Shown here: piece after piece, positions 46,666 to 57,925 of the stretch | Position numbering within the stretch: the stretch's first letter is position 1 | Layout of the letters: each line of letters starts with the position of its first letter | Origin: Anthoceros angustus | Taxonomy: Eukaryota > Plantae > Anthocerotophyta | Reading direction: 5' to 3' | DNA length: 64,000 bases | Assembly: GCA_010909165.1 (NCBI GenBank) | Contig: VJWM01000192.1 | Coordinates: 62,001-126,000, forward strand | Program-made: the position numbers and the translations under genes | The notes under the pieces: generated by a model | Database searches by the model: none | What the model saw: only the letters and a program-made list of their open reading frames with translations | What the model was told of the DNA's origin: nothing

Positions 46666-47167
46666 TGAAATGAGTAGGCTTAGCACTGACCCTCATGTAG
46701 CTCTGAAGATGGAGCCCCATGATATGTGGCATTCTTGCTCTAGTCCAAGAGCTAGGAAGGGTATTTAGCGGAGGTGCGACCGCCAGAGTCATAGTCATGG
46801 TGTATGAGTGTGCTCGTGAGAATTGCCAATGAATTATGTGCATCATCCTCAGCCAACGAATATGAACTGTGAGGTTGAGAAAAGAATATCCTTTACCTAG
46901 AGTTATATTCGATCATTTGTATTATAATAAATTAATATATTATTAATTTTCTAACTATCAATGACCCCTGGAGAATTGAATAATTTTTGTCCAATCCGAG
47001 GGATTATTCTTCACTAGTCATAGTTCATCTGTGTGTTCAGCTGAATTTCTGAACTAAATCGTTCAACCTAGAATTCACCTAAATAAGTAACACATAATTC
47101 GTCCAAATGAACTACTGAGCTTAGAATTGACCTAGATAGGTGGCACATGATAGTATAGACACAGATA

Positions 47168-47430
47168 TTCTTGTTCCACACCTTGTTCACCTCTCCGTTC
47201 ATTCTTGTTCCACACCTTGTTCTCCTTTCCGTTCTTTCTTGTTCCACACCTTGTTCTCCTTTCCGTTCTCCTCTCCGTTCATTCTTGTTCCACACCTTGT
47301 TCTCCTCTCCGGTCTCCTCTTCGTTCTCCGTTCTCCTCTCCGCTCTCCTCTTCGTTCTCCGTTGTCCTCTCGTTCATTCTTGTTCCACACCTCTCCTCTC
47401 GTTCATTCTTGTTCCACACCTTGTTCTCCT
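47168..47430. repeat. Pyrimidine-rich minisatellite with core ttcttgttccacaccttgttctcct
   Basis: The core recurs about 6 times, separated by ctccgttc variants. Confidence 0.85.
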
Positions 47431-47501
47431 CTTCGTTCTCCAAGCGTCTTGGCAAAAGCTAGGACCTCACTTTTTCATTTGCGGATTTTGCAAACTGCTT
47501 A

Positions 47502-48371
47502 CAGTCAGACCCCTCTAATTGGGAACAATTGGGAGTAGCAAAAATCGTCCCATTTAGAGGGGTTCCCGTTTAGGCATTTTCATCTTTTTTGAAAATAAAA
47601 ATATTAAAAAAAACAAAAATTCTTTAAATCAAAAATTCGAAAGAGCTTAAAAGCTTCCTAAAAATCCAAAAAATCTAAAAAAAATCCAAAAAAATCCAAA
47701 AAATCCAAAATGCTCCCTCATACTACATAGCTGCCAACCTAATTCTAGTTTGCCGGGTTAAAATAATCATCGATCCTTGATTGATGCTGAGTTGCTTTCA
47801 TCCAATGACTAGCAATATGTTTTTCCAATTGAGAATGCAACTTCAAAGCATCAAGAGTGTTATGTGGCATCTCTTCCAAAACCATCTTCGCTATCCTCAT
47901 AGCATTATCTACAGCATCCTTTGTCGTACGCGGTCTTGGTGCTATGGTCTCCACTGACGCTGTATCATTCTCCTCACCCTCCTCATTGACAGGTGGAGGG
48001 ACTAGGAACAATACTTCTGATCACAAAGCATAGTGTACAGAACTACTACATATATAGGCCCAATCTCGATGACTGTCTATGTTTTATGATATAATCTCGA
48101 TAGCCTTTAACTTAACATAATCTCAATAACTCATGATTTAATCTCGATAGACGATTTCCTCAAATTTTTTATTTTAAAAAAAAATATTTTCCCTTTTACA
48201 TAGGTGTACTTGCATTGAATGTTTGGGAGACATGTTCTCATTTACAAATTAGAGGGGTTTCCCATTTAGCATGTAGCACATTCAAGGGAGTAAGCCCTGG
48301 CGTCCCATTTAAAGGGGTTCCTATTTATAGGGGTCCTATTTAGAGGGGTCCCAATTAGAGGGGTTTGACTG
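47502..48371 (-). mobile_element. Non-autonomous pogo-like (Tc1/mariner superfamily) element, 870 bp
   Basis: TA|CAGTCAGACCCCTCTAATTGGGA...TCCCAATTAGAGGGGTTTGACTG|TA TIRs with TA TSD, subterminal cccatttagagggg repeats, and a residual transposase-like C-terminus ending QSRIDDYF (47745-48011). Confidence 0.88.
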
Positions 48372-48373
48372 TA

Positions 48374-48574
48374 GTTTGCTTTTCATTTGTTCCTAGATAT
48401 TAGGATGATAAAACCATTTGTAATAAAATCATTTATAGGCACTGGACATCTTGGGATAAGCTTTGCAAACTGCTTAGTTTGCTTTTCATTTGTTCCTAGA
48501 TATTAGGATGATAAAACCATTTGTAATAAAATCATTTATAGGCACTGGACATCTTGGGATGAGCTTTGCAAACT
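48374..48574. repeat. 103-bp direct tandem duplication
   Basis: gtttgcttttcatttgttcctagatattagg... starts at 48374 and 48477. Confidence 0.9.
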
Positions 48575-48742
48575 CATCCAAAGTCTGGACATCCCAAACT
48601 CATCCAAAGTCTGGACATCTTGGGATGAGCCTATTTTTCAGACTCATCTACACTTTGAAGCTTTGTAGCTTTGCCTTTGTATGTGCTTAGCGTGGCCCTG
48701 GCCGCTTTACAGCACGATACACTCTGGATAGTTGGCATAAGC

Positions 48743-48875
48743 AAGTTGCAACCAAGCACTCTTGATAGTTAGCACAAGGAAGTTGTAACCAAGCACTCTT
48801 GATAGTTAGCACAAGGAAGTTGCGACCAAGCACTCTTGATAGTAGGCATATGCAAGTTGCAACCAAGCACTCTTC
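48743..48875. repeat. 37-bp tandem repeat x4
   Basis: aagttgcaaccaagcactcttgatag variants at 48743, 48780, 48817 and 48854. Confidence 0.9.
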
Positions 48876-49142
48876 GTCGTGGTGGTTAGCAGCTCATCTA
48901 TGCTCCAGATGTATATCAGAGCCGACCCTAAACATTTGCAAATATGAGTTACCATTCTCAAACTCAAACTTGGACTTGAAGGACTTCCATTTTATGGGAA
49001 ACCCGGTGTGCTTAACACTGGGATGTCCAGATGAATGTTTCGCACATACTAATTGCAGTTTCACACCAAAACTTTGGCCACACTCCAAAGATGACTCTGG
49101 CCAGACCTCCTAAAATGTAGAGTGAGTCACCAGTATCATGGG

Positions 49143-51418
49143 TCAGACAGTCTCACCAGAATGTGGTTCAACAGCCTCATCAAAATAGAGGTGGCCTGCC
49201 TCAAGAGAGTGTGGTTCCACAAGCTCATCAGAATGTGGTTCCACAAGCCCATCAGAATGTGGTTCCACAAGCTCATCAGAATGTGGTTCCACAAGCTCAT
49301 CAGAATGTGGTTCCACAAGCTCATCAGAATGTGGTTCAACAAGCTCATCAGAATGTGGTTCGACATTATCATGAGAGTCTAGTTGAGCTGTTGTGATTGT
49401 CCCACCTGAAGCGGTCTTGTTCCCGGAGACGAGGACTTCTCGGCCCCCAAACAAGACCGAGTCCTCTACTGACTTCGGAACGGTCTCACTTCCTTGGTGA
49501 ATTGACTGAGAACCCTCAATAAGTTCGGAATAAACAAAGTGCTCTTCCAAGCTCCCCGTTGTTGCTGTGGAATACTCAACGAAACCCTGAGTATCTCTCC
49601 CTTCAGTATCAGCAGAGCCTGCCGCCACGACCTCTCCGTCTGTGGTTTGAGTAGATACAGAATGAACAGCTCTGACGGCCTCTATAGCTTTGCTGAGAGC
49701 AGCGTACTTCAACACAAGCTCCTTGTAGTCAGCCAGAAGATGCACGACATCACCAACTGTTAAATCCCCTGCCCTGGCATACAGAAAACGGTGTTGCTTT
49801 TGTAACTCCCCCCGTACAGACACATTCACCTCCCCCGGCCTTCTTCTCGAAGCAGATGGTATTGGAAGTACTCTCTCCATGGGAGACTTGACCTGCCTTT
49901 CCTCATCCTGAGAAGCCTTCGGAAACTTGACCTGCCTTTCCTCATTCTGACCAGCAGGCTTCGGAAACTTGACCTGCCTTTCCTCATCCTCATCAGCAGG
50001 CTTCGGAAACTTGACCTGCCTTTCCTCATCCTGACCAGCAGGCTTCGGAGACTTGACCTGCCTTTCCTCATCCTGACCAGCAGGCTTCGGAGACTTGACC
50101 TGCCTTTCCTCATCCTGACCAGCAGGCTTCGGAAACTTGACCTGCCTTTCCTCATCCTGAACCGCAGCATCCTTTCGAACTACTGCGTCTTGCATCTTAT
50201 CCGCAGCATCAGCAGGTCGTCGCATTCTCCTTTCAAACTCCGCTGGATCCATGGAGAGTGAAGTAGCAGTAAGACACCGAATGAAGGTTTCTGCAGAAAC
50301 CAGATTGGTATAGAAGTATGCTGCTTCTGAAACCAGGCGTGACTGATGTCGATACCGTTGAATGAAAAGAAGATTGGAATGCAGTTGAGGTGGATTAGCC
50401 TAAAACAACATCAAGCAAACGAAACCAATCACCAATCTGCTTCTCTCCATCCATCCGAAGAACACGAGACCAGCTGGAAGGGGTGAGAGAGTTAATACTT
50501 TGATAACAACATAGATGAGCACTGGCAGAAAATCATCAGCTCCTGGGGGGTTGTTGTGAGTAGCCATGGATTCATTGAGCAAAATGTTGTTGATCATGGT
50601 GCAACAATTGAGGATGCAGACCACCTTGTTTCTAGGGGCCTTGAACGCATTGATCTTCTGCAACTCCTTTTGTGCCAACTGACAAAGAAGAAAAAAGATC
50701 ACAGCGTCCTGAGACTCCGCAGAAATTAACTTGCCTGAAGTTATACCGCAAAGCATAAAGGTGGTGGGAAAGGCCTCTCACGAGCCAGGACGCTTCACTG
50801 TTCATCGCTGAGGGTATATCCAAGTGCTCAGGACGAATAAACTGCTGCAGGCAAGATATCTTATCAGACAGCTCCTGGTCGATCTCCTTATCTTCCGGAG
50901 ACTGCGGAAATGCTCGAGAGTATAGCTTCGTCATGAGATACCTCTCGATACCCTACACATAATCCAGCAAGGTCTCCATGAGCGGCAGTCTCCTCCGCTC
51001 TTCTCTCCGAGCCAGAAGTGCTGAAATTCACCGAATCCAGTGCGGAAGCTAGCATCAAGGAAAAAGCCAGCCACACACCTCTCCAGTCGTCTCGATGTCC
51101 TCCTCGGACGCCCCTGCCCACATCGGGTGCGCCCTGAAAGCTTCCTCCATTTTTTTGACGAATTCTTGCACGCTCCTGCTGTCCTTCTCCGGATCGGGAG
51201 GGCTCGCCAGGAAAGCGAGAATGAAACTGCAAGCCACAGAGCGTGAGCATGCAAGAGGAGCACATGCATGCGCACATGGATGGTCAAAGCCAAGCAGGCA
51301 AGCCAGGCCAGCATCCAAAACGCCACCACCACCTTTTGATGGCTTTGACGAGATCTGCAAGGGAGGGATGCCGCATGCGTTCCAGAAACTCATGGAAATT
51401 GTAATCGTAGCTCTCCAT
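49143..51418 (-). CDS. VPS9A: VPS9-domain Rab5 guanine nucleotide exchange factor (VPS9a-like), multi-exon
   Basis: MESYDYNFHEFLERMRHPSLADLVKAIK; KMEEAFRAHPMWAG; MTKLYSRAF; ELQKINAFKAPRNKVVCILNCC; PPGADDFLPVLIYV; ANPPQLHSNLLFIQRYR; AGDLTVGDV. Confidence 0.93.
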
Positions 51419-52022
51419 GGGTGCTCACTCCAATTCCAATTCCAATTCCAATTCAAATTCCGCACAGTGTGGTGCATCGCTCAGCCAAATCCTGGCACAC
51501 AGCCCAGTGCAGCCTCCCCGGCGTCCAGCAGCCTTCAGCTGGCGCATGCACCGGGCCAGCGCTGCTGCCCATCCATCGCAGCCCACCCACACCAGTCCAG
51601 CAGCTGCAGCTCACAAATCAGCGTCTTGCGTAGACATAGAGATGGGGGGAGGCGATGAAGAGGCAGTTGAGGCACAGACCTAGTCTAACACCGAGGACGC
51701 CTGGAAGGACACCTATGTACAACTGTGTTTGTGCCTAATCTAAAAAGGATGACGCTGGCAAGGAAAGCTTCTTACTGCGTTTTAATGCAAGCAAGGCAAG
51801 CGAAAGCGACGAGAGGAAACTAACAAACAAACAAACAAACGAACGAACAAACAAACAAACCAACAGCAAAACAAGCGAAGAAACAAGTGTAGCCTAGGGC
51901 GGATCCGGGAGGCTGGAGCCTGCGCCTGCGATTGCGCTTGTGGCTTGTGGCCTGTGGCTTGTGGCTTGTGCGGCTGGAGGCGAGGTGAATCTTGCGAATC
52001 CGTGGAGGAAGCGTGATTTGCC

Positions 52023-52994
52023 ATGGCGGCGGCTGCATTTGCCGCAGGCGCGGTGGTGCCTCTTGCTGTATCGCGCTCTGCGCCGGCCACCTCCTCCTCG
52101 GGCTGTGCGCCGTGCGGGTTCCGGGTGAGCGGGATCAGGAGACCCGGGGCCGCGGCTCTAGGCCTGGGCCGCAGGAGGCCGGCAGAAGAACAGCAGCAGC
52201 AGAGCGGATCACGGGGGGCGTGGCAGGTGCTGCGGGCGCTGGTGCAGGAGGCGGAGCAGGCAGAGGCGGACCAGGAGGCTGCGGATGCCGCGCCTGCCGG
52301 GGCCCAGGAGTCCATCACCATGTTCTTCAAGGTGCGTGCGCATCCGCTGCTTGGTGTCATGGTGCTGCTTGCTTTCATGCCTGGTCGCTTGCGGAATGCA
52401 ATGCCATGCCGCCGCTCATGCCGTTGGTTTGCAGGCGGAAGGCAGTCTGAGCGAGGCAGCCGTGCCTAAGGTGCAGACGGCGCTGGAGGTGAGAATGCAT
52501 TGCGAATGCGATTCCGTTTCCCTTCGCTTTCGCCTTTGCTTTGCCTTTGCCTTTGCCCTTGCCTTTGCCTCTCAAAGGATTTTGCCTTTCAAAGGCCTTT
52601 GCCTTTAAAAGGCCTTGCCCCAAGGAAAGGAGCATGAGTCGGGCTCAAGTAGTGCCGTTGGCCTATGTGCAGGCACTGGATGGTGTGAGCAATGTCAAAG
52701 TGTATGTGGCAGAAGGAACTGCGACTGTAGAGGTGTGTGGATTGCTGTGAATCGTTCCTCTGCCAAGATTACTAGTCGCTACCGAGCATGGCTTACGTTG
52801 TTTGTGTGGTGCCACGGCAGCTAACGAAGCAGAGCCTTGTCCAAGAGTCTGGAGTAGCGTCGAGTTTGGTTGAAGTTATCCAATCCAATGGCTTCAAAAT
52901 GCAAGCGTTAAATTTAGGATTTGATGATGACAACGATGACGATGATAGTTTGTATTCTTACGATGACGCAGCTGAAGAGGAAGCATCCACGTAA
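52023..52994 (+). CDS. Plastid-targeted HMA-fold protein (At5g14910-like), 4 exons
   Basis: Ala/Arg/Ser-rich transit peptide, then ITMFFK / AEGSLSEAAVPKVQTALE / ALDGVSNVKVYVAEGTATVE / LTKQSLVQESGVASSLVEVIQSNGFKMQALNLGF. GT-AG introns. Confidence 0.75.
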
Positions 52995-54077
52995 TTCAAC
53001 GCGATCCTCAAAAGTCTTTCACTTCGTTCTACTCGCAACAGAATACATACACCGAGATCGTCACTTCCCTTGCCTCGCGTTGCCTCGCCTCTCCTGTAAC
53101 CTGTGCACGTAGTGGTCCCCGTACTAGGGCTTCAGGTCCCTAAGGTTCTGAGGACTGAGAGCATCTACGGTTTTGTACCTGGCGTCTAACCGTCGTCTTC
53201 CCAGCACAAGGTCCATCGTACATCGCGACAGTGTGTCAAATTTTCAAGCCTGGGGTCCATTCCCAGAGACAGGTCTCTCTGGCATCCCCAGGTTTGCCGT
53301 CTCTGCCTCAAGCTTTATAAGATCCAATCCAAAGGTCCGGTCATCTCCCACCATCCATGGGTACTTACTTCCATGTCTAACTGAACGACTACATACATGA
53401 AACTGCCATCCAGCTAGTGTAGGATTGTCTGTATATGTACAGGCAAGGCATACTGTACTGTACTTTGATGACCGACAGCCTTAAACTGATATCCACAATC
53501 GACCAGGTCGCGACTCCCTTACAAATTCCTCTTCAGTAGGCTGCAGAAGTCCACAAGACCCTTCCAGAGGAGCAACCTGTCACGCATGTTTGAGCACCAA
53601 ATGCACCAGCTTACCATCAATACGTGTAGAAGAAAGCTAGAAGGCATATCCCAAACTGCGTGTCCACAGAATGCTTCACTCGTGACTGTGTCAGCTAGTC
53701 TACTTAAGTCAGATCACGCCTTGCTACAAAACACAGTTAATTAGGATTCATGAGCAGCACTCCATCACGGGTACAATCTGTTCCTTGTCCACATGCATAC
53801 TGCGTTTTGTCAGCTGCATTCCTCCAATAAGGTATCAGATTTAGTCTTAAGTACAAACAATTTTCTCGTCTAGTGGAATTCCCCTCCCTCATACTCAAGA
53901 CTGCACCTCAGTTTAAGAAATAACATAGCGCACCAGTGGAACTACACGGCCACCCACACAAACTCTCAATGCAATCAGAAAACCTCCAGCATGGGTAACT
54001 TTCTTTTCCCCTGCATCATCCAACCCTCCATTAGCAGTCTGATATTTCTTTTACATTCGATGTCCTTCATTAGGCTC

Positions 54078-56579
54078 TCATGTTAGAGAAGTTACACTAA
54101 ACCAAGGGTGGACGACAAGTAAGAGACCTACCAGAGGTTGCGCCTTCTCCACTTTCTCCTCCAATTCAGCTGCTAGCCTCTCTTCCTCCGTCTCAACTTC
54201 CTTCTCAGCGGCCTTGGAGCGACAGCCGTTTTCCAAAGGTGGCTCAGGTGGCAGCATGGGTGGATGCAGCTGGGTTGGGAAAAGCTCTGCTAGCAATTTA
54301 GGGTCCGGATTGAGTGACTGGAACAATCTTAACCCAAAGTTACCCTGCAACGTACATGCCCATCATTGTTTACAACAGTATTAAGAATTGCGTTACCACA
54401 ACAGATACTGGCACTTTTAAGCTTTCAGGTTACCTTAGGAGTTATAAGCTTGCAAGCCAATCCATCTATGGCAGATACAGCTAGAACTGTCTGCATCACA
54501 CCAATTACCAGCTCAGTAGAATCAAGGAGGAAAGTGAATTTTTGCTTAATCTTTGCTTAACAAGTGAACATCAAGCAAAACAAGTTCAAAATTAAACAGG
54601 TTTCCATCTAGACTTAATGCGCTATCCAGTCCTGCTAATACCTGCATGTATGCTTCGATGAGGTCATCAACGCCAATGCCGATGCGATTGAAATCTCGGC
54701 TATCCATCAAGAGCAATCGCTCCGTCTCAGTTCCCCATGAACCGTCCACGTTCTGCGTGGCCCACAACAAAAGTGTGAGAACATGCAACCAAGGACTTTA
54801 CACAATCTCTACACCACGATGTGCAATTTACGGACCCTGAAGGACAGGTTGGTTCCAAGCATATCCCAGGACTGCGTTCCAGCATCCAACTTCTCAGCCA
54901 AAGGTAGACGGGCCCGTCTTGCATATATTGCAACCGGAAAGAATCCTTCCGGTGACGAGCCGATCATTAGCCTCAGATCAGCTGCATAGATATTGCCCTT
55001 CAAATTTGGTATTGTCCCAACGTGGTATAGCCTCCCAGATCCGGCAACTGAGCTCCATCCATTGTTCCCTATCAGAGCCTGCAATTCACGGTCAGATTGG
55101 ATATTAGAACCAGGAACTGATAAAAAGCGAAAAGGTCCTGAGAGTCCAACTATCCTAGTCAGCGCTTTCTTCCATGCAACGAAAACCCAACCTGCACAAT
55201 GAAACGATCATAGCGATGTTCAATGTCCATGAACTGTTTTAGTTCCGCCTCGTGCGTTATGGTCCAGACGCCTTGTCCAGCATTTGCATATGGTACTTTC
55301 ACAACTGCCAATCCCCCCATTCTTCGCACCCACAACGGAACCTCCGGTTTTGCGACGTCCCAAATCGTCTCCGGGGTATGGATTGTCAAGCCTGTAGCAG
55401 CAATATCGGCGTTGTAAAGGTCATAGGCCTTGGCAGCCAGCATTTTGTTGCGTCCTCCGGCAAGACAAGCAAGGACAGGGTTGAAGATCAAAGTGCGCGT
55501 AATAGGAGGGATGCGAGACCACGGTCGCTGGGTAACATATCGTAATGCAGCACGAACTGGCTCCCATTTCTCTTCTCCGAGTGCTTTTAGCCCGTTGCCC
55601 AGAGCACTGCCATTTGAAGATCCCAGTCCCGGGGATCTGTGTACCAGATTAGATGTACAGATCTCAACAACACCATCCTCTCTGCACCGAACTTTGGGAT
55701 GAGGGTCATCTGCATAGCACGGAGCCAAGTAGACAGACTCGCCTGCAAGATCTGCCAGCACAGCAGCATAGCCAGAAGCTTCCATTTTGTTCTTATCATA
55801 AAAAACTGCTAGCTTCCCTTCGGGTAGAACCTCGCCGTTAAACTTCCCGGCCCGAAGAGACGGCATAAATGCTTTCTCCAGCAATGTCCGGTAACCTGCA
55901 TGCTCCATGTCTTCATTTGCTAGAGGCATGGACTTCTGACCAGATGGGCATGAATTCGTCTCAACGACTACTAGTCGTTTCTGACCCCGATCTGAAGTGG
56001 TCGCAAACAGGTCCGCTCCACCCCATTGAAAGTACCTGCAAACACAATGCCGCAACAGCCAGCTTCAGAGACGGTTCTTGAAAACTCATGATGAAGCAGA
56101 GCAGGCAAACTTCTAAACCTCTAGCTCCTAAGCACATTGCAACTATAAAAGGTCTAAACCGCAGCCGCAGCTATGCTATATATAGAAGTCATGTCCAGAT
56201 ATGTACAAAGAAACAACTGGTTTGCATTCTAAGCAAGAACTCAGAGCTGTTGATACACTTGTGGAGATCCATACCGCGTACTATGCGCCAGAACCTTCAC
56301 CACTGCTTCGTGAGTGGCCTCAGGATGAAGATGACAATATCGCTTAGCAATACGCTCATTTCCAAGACACAGAAAAGAGCGGACAAGTGGATGAATTTGA
56401 GCATTTAAAACGCGGGGATAGAAGTGATCGGCCGGCTCAAACGTCCCCTGCTCAACCAGCTCCACTTGACGATCGAAACAGTAGGCAGGTGAGGACACGG
56501 CAGGCTGCTCTATGCCAGGCCCCATCTCTCTCACGTTCTTGTAACAAGCTCTCAGGAAGACACCATGCTCGCAAAACAA
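54078..56579 (-). CDS. Uncharacterised ATP-grasp-fold protein, probably circularly permuted; at least 6 exons, both ends uncertain
   Basis: Exons: [15 protein letters not shown]...; [10 protein letters not shown]...[11 protein letters not shown]...[14 protein letters not shown]...FIVQ; ...ADLRLMI...LGTNLS; NVDGSW...AYMQ; TVLAVSAID; FQSLNPD. GT-AG junctions keep frame (e.g. R|YFQW at 56275/56035). Confidence 0.72.
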
Positions 56580-57925
56580 ATCGGTACAACCCCGAAAAGC
56601 GGCCGCCAGCCTCAGTCTGTTCGTGGCCGGGATCAGGTGCTGCTCCTCATCTCCACAACGCGCCTCCGAGTTGCCTTGACAAGCTCAGAATTGGACTCCC
56701 ATCCTCCACCAGTGGGAGAAGAAAATCTCCCATTGATGTCAACTTGCCCTCGGGCACAACATGCCGCAGTAACTAGCAGTTTCATCCTTCTTGTGCACAG
56801 ACGAGACCTCCGCAGCAGATCTAAGAAGTCAGTTCAACAAAGTAAGCACCGGCACCAGAAAGAAACACCACAAATATCACAAATTGAACTCCTCCAAGCA
56901 GGGGTCAAAAAGCTAGAGTATCTACACTGCACTAAGCTCATGCAACCAGTTACATCTACAGTCTAGATAGCCACACAGATCTGTGCTTTAAAACAACAGA
57001 AAGGCTTCATGATTGCATGTGAACATGTAAGAAGAAAAAGATACAGACCTCTTCAAAGAAACACAACAGCTAAGAGCTCAGCACAGAACAGGCACTTCAA
57101 ATCATCCCCAGACAAAGATTACAGCCTTATTTCCACGAAACTCCACAGAACTCCACAATCAAGCCCTGCTACAGCATCCAGAGCGTCACACTCGATTGAT
57201 GACCGCAAAACCACCGCTCTTTAGAGAAAAGCCACCGCTCTTCAAAGAAGTGACCGAGACTCGTCGGCGCACCATGCACAAGAGGGCCGGCAAGAAGAGT
57301 AGCAGCCAAGGAGGGAGTCCAGAAACAAGAAAAAAATCCCACTCGTTCACAAAATCGACCACACGAGGATGTGCATCAAGCTTCGACTCCCGCATGCCCG
57401 TGCGTCACTCAAGCATCACCAAAACAAGAGTTCCCAGAGCGCAGGAAGCAGCGAACCCGGGCATGCAGCATATCAAAAGGAAGCTTATGCCAGCGCGAGC
57501 TCGGCAGGCAGTGCGCGGGCGGCGGATGGAGCGCGCACAGGCGGCAGAGGCTTCGCAGCGAGAGCCAGCACACGACAGAAGGCCCAACCGTCTCCCCTCC
57601 TCCCGCCTTCAACTCCAGGGCGGGCGCGGGCCTCGTCCGGGTGCCACGTGGCGAGATGAGCATATTCCTTCCTCGGTGAACGCCAGGCAGGCATATCAGC
57701 GATCTGACGATCCAGGGACAATCTCACCATATGAGGATATTGGTCCGAATATGACATTACGGCGCGAAGGGATATGTCCTAAGCGCGAAGCCCGAATAGG
57801 TATGTCTCACGGCTCACAGCTCACCAGTCCCTCCTCCCATTTCCAATCACAGCCGACTGTCAGGAAATGCTACCAGAACAGGTGCACACGGCAGACTGCG
57901 ACTGGTGCTAGTCTCATATCAGGCC

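Noticed and set aside
46455-48875. Regularly spaced short repeats that look superficially like a CRISPR array
   Set aside because: The units are contiguous or separated by related low-complexity sequence rather than unique spacers, there are no cas genes, and the context is eukaryotic. They are minisatellites.
51421-52635. Microsatellites (AATTCC)n, (ACAA)n, (GCTTGTG)n and (TTTGCC)n around the divergent VPS9a/HMA genes
   Set aside because: Ordinary UTR and intron simple repeats; the ORFs they generate are spurious.
53173-54070. Possible extra 3' exons of the ATP-grasp gene
   Set aside because: Several AG/GT-bounded candidates exist but none has motif support; left unannotated.
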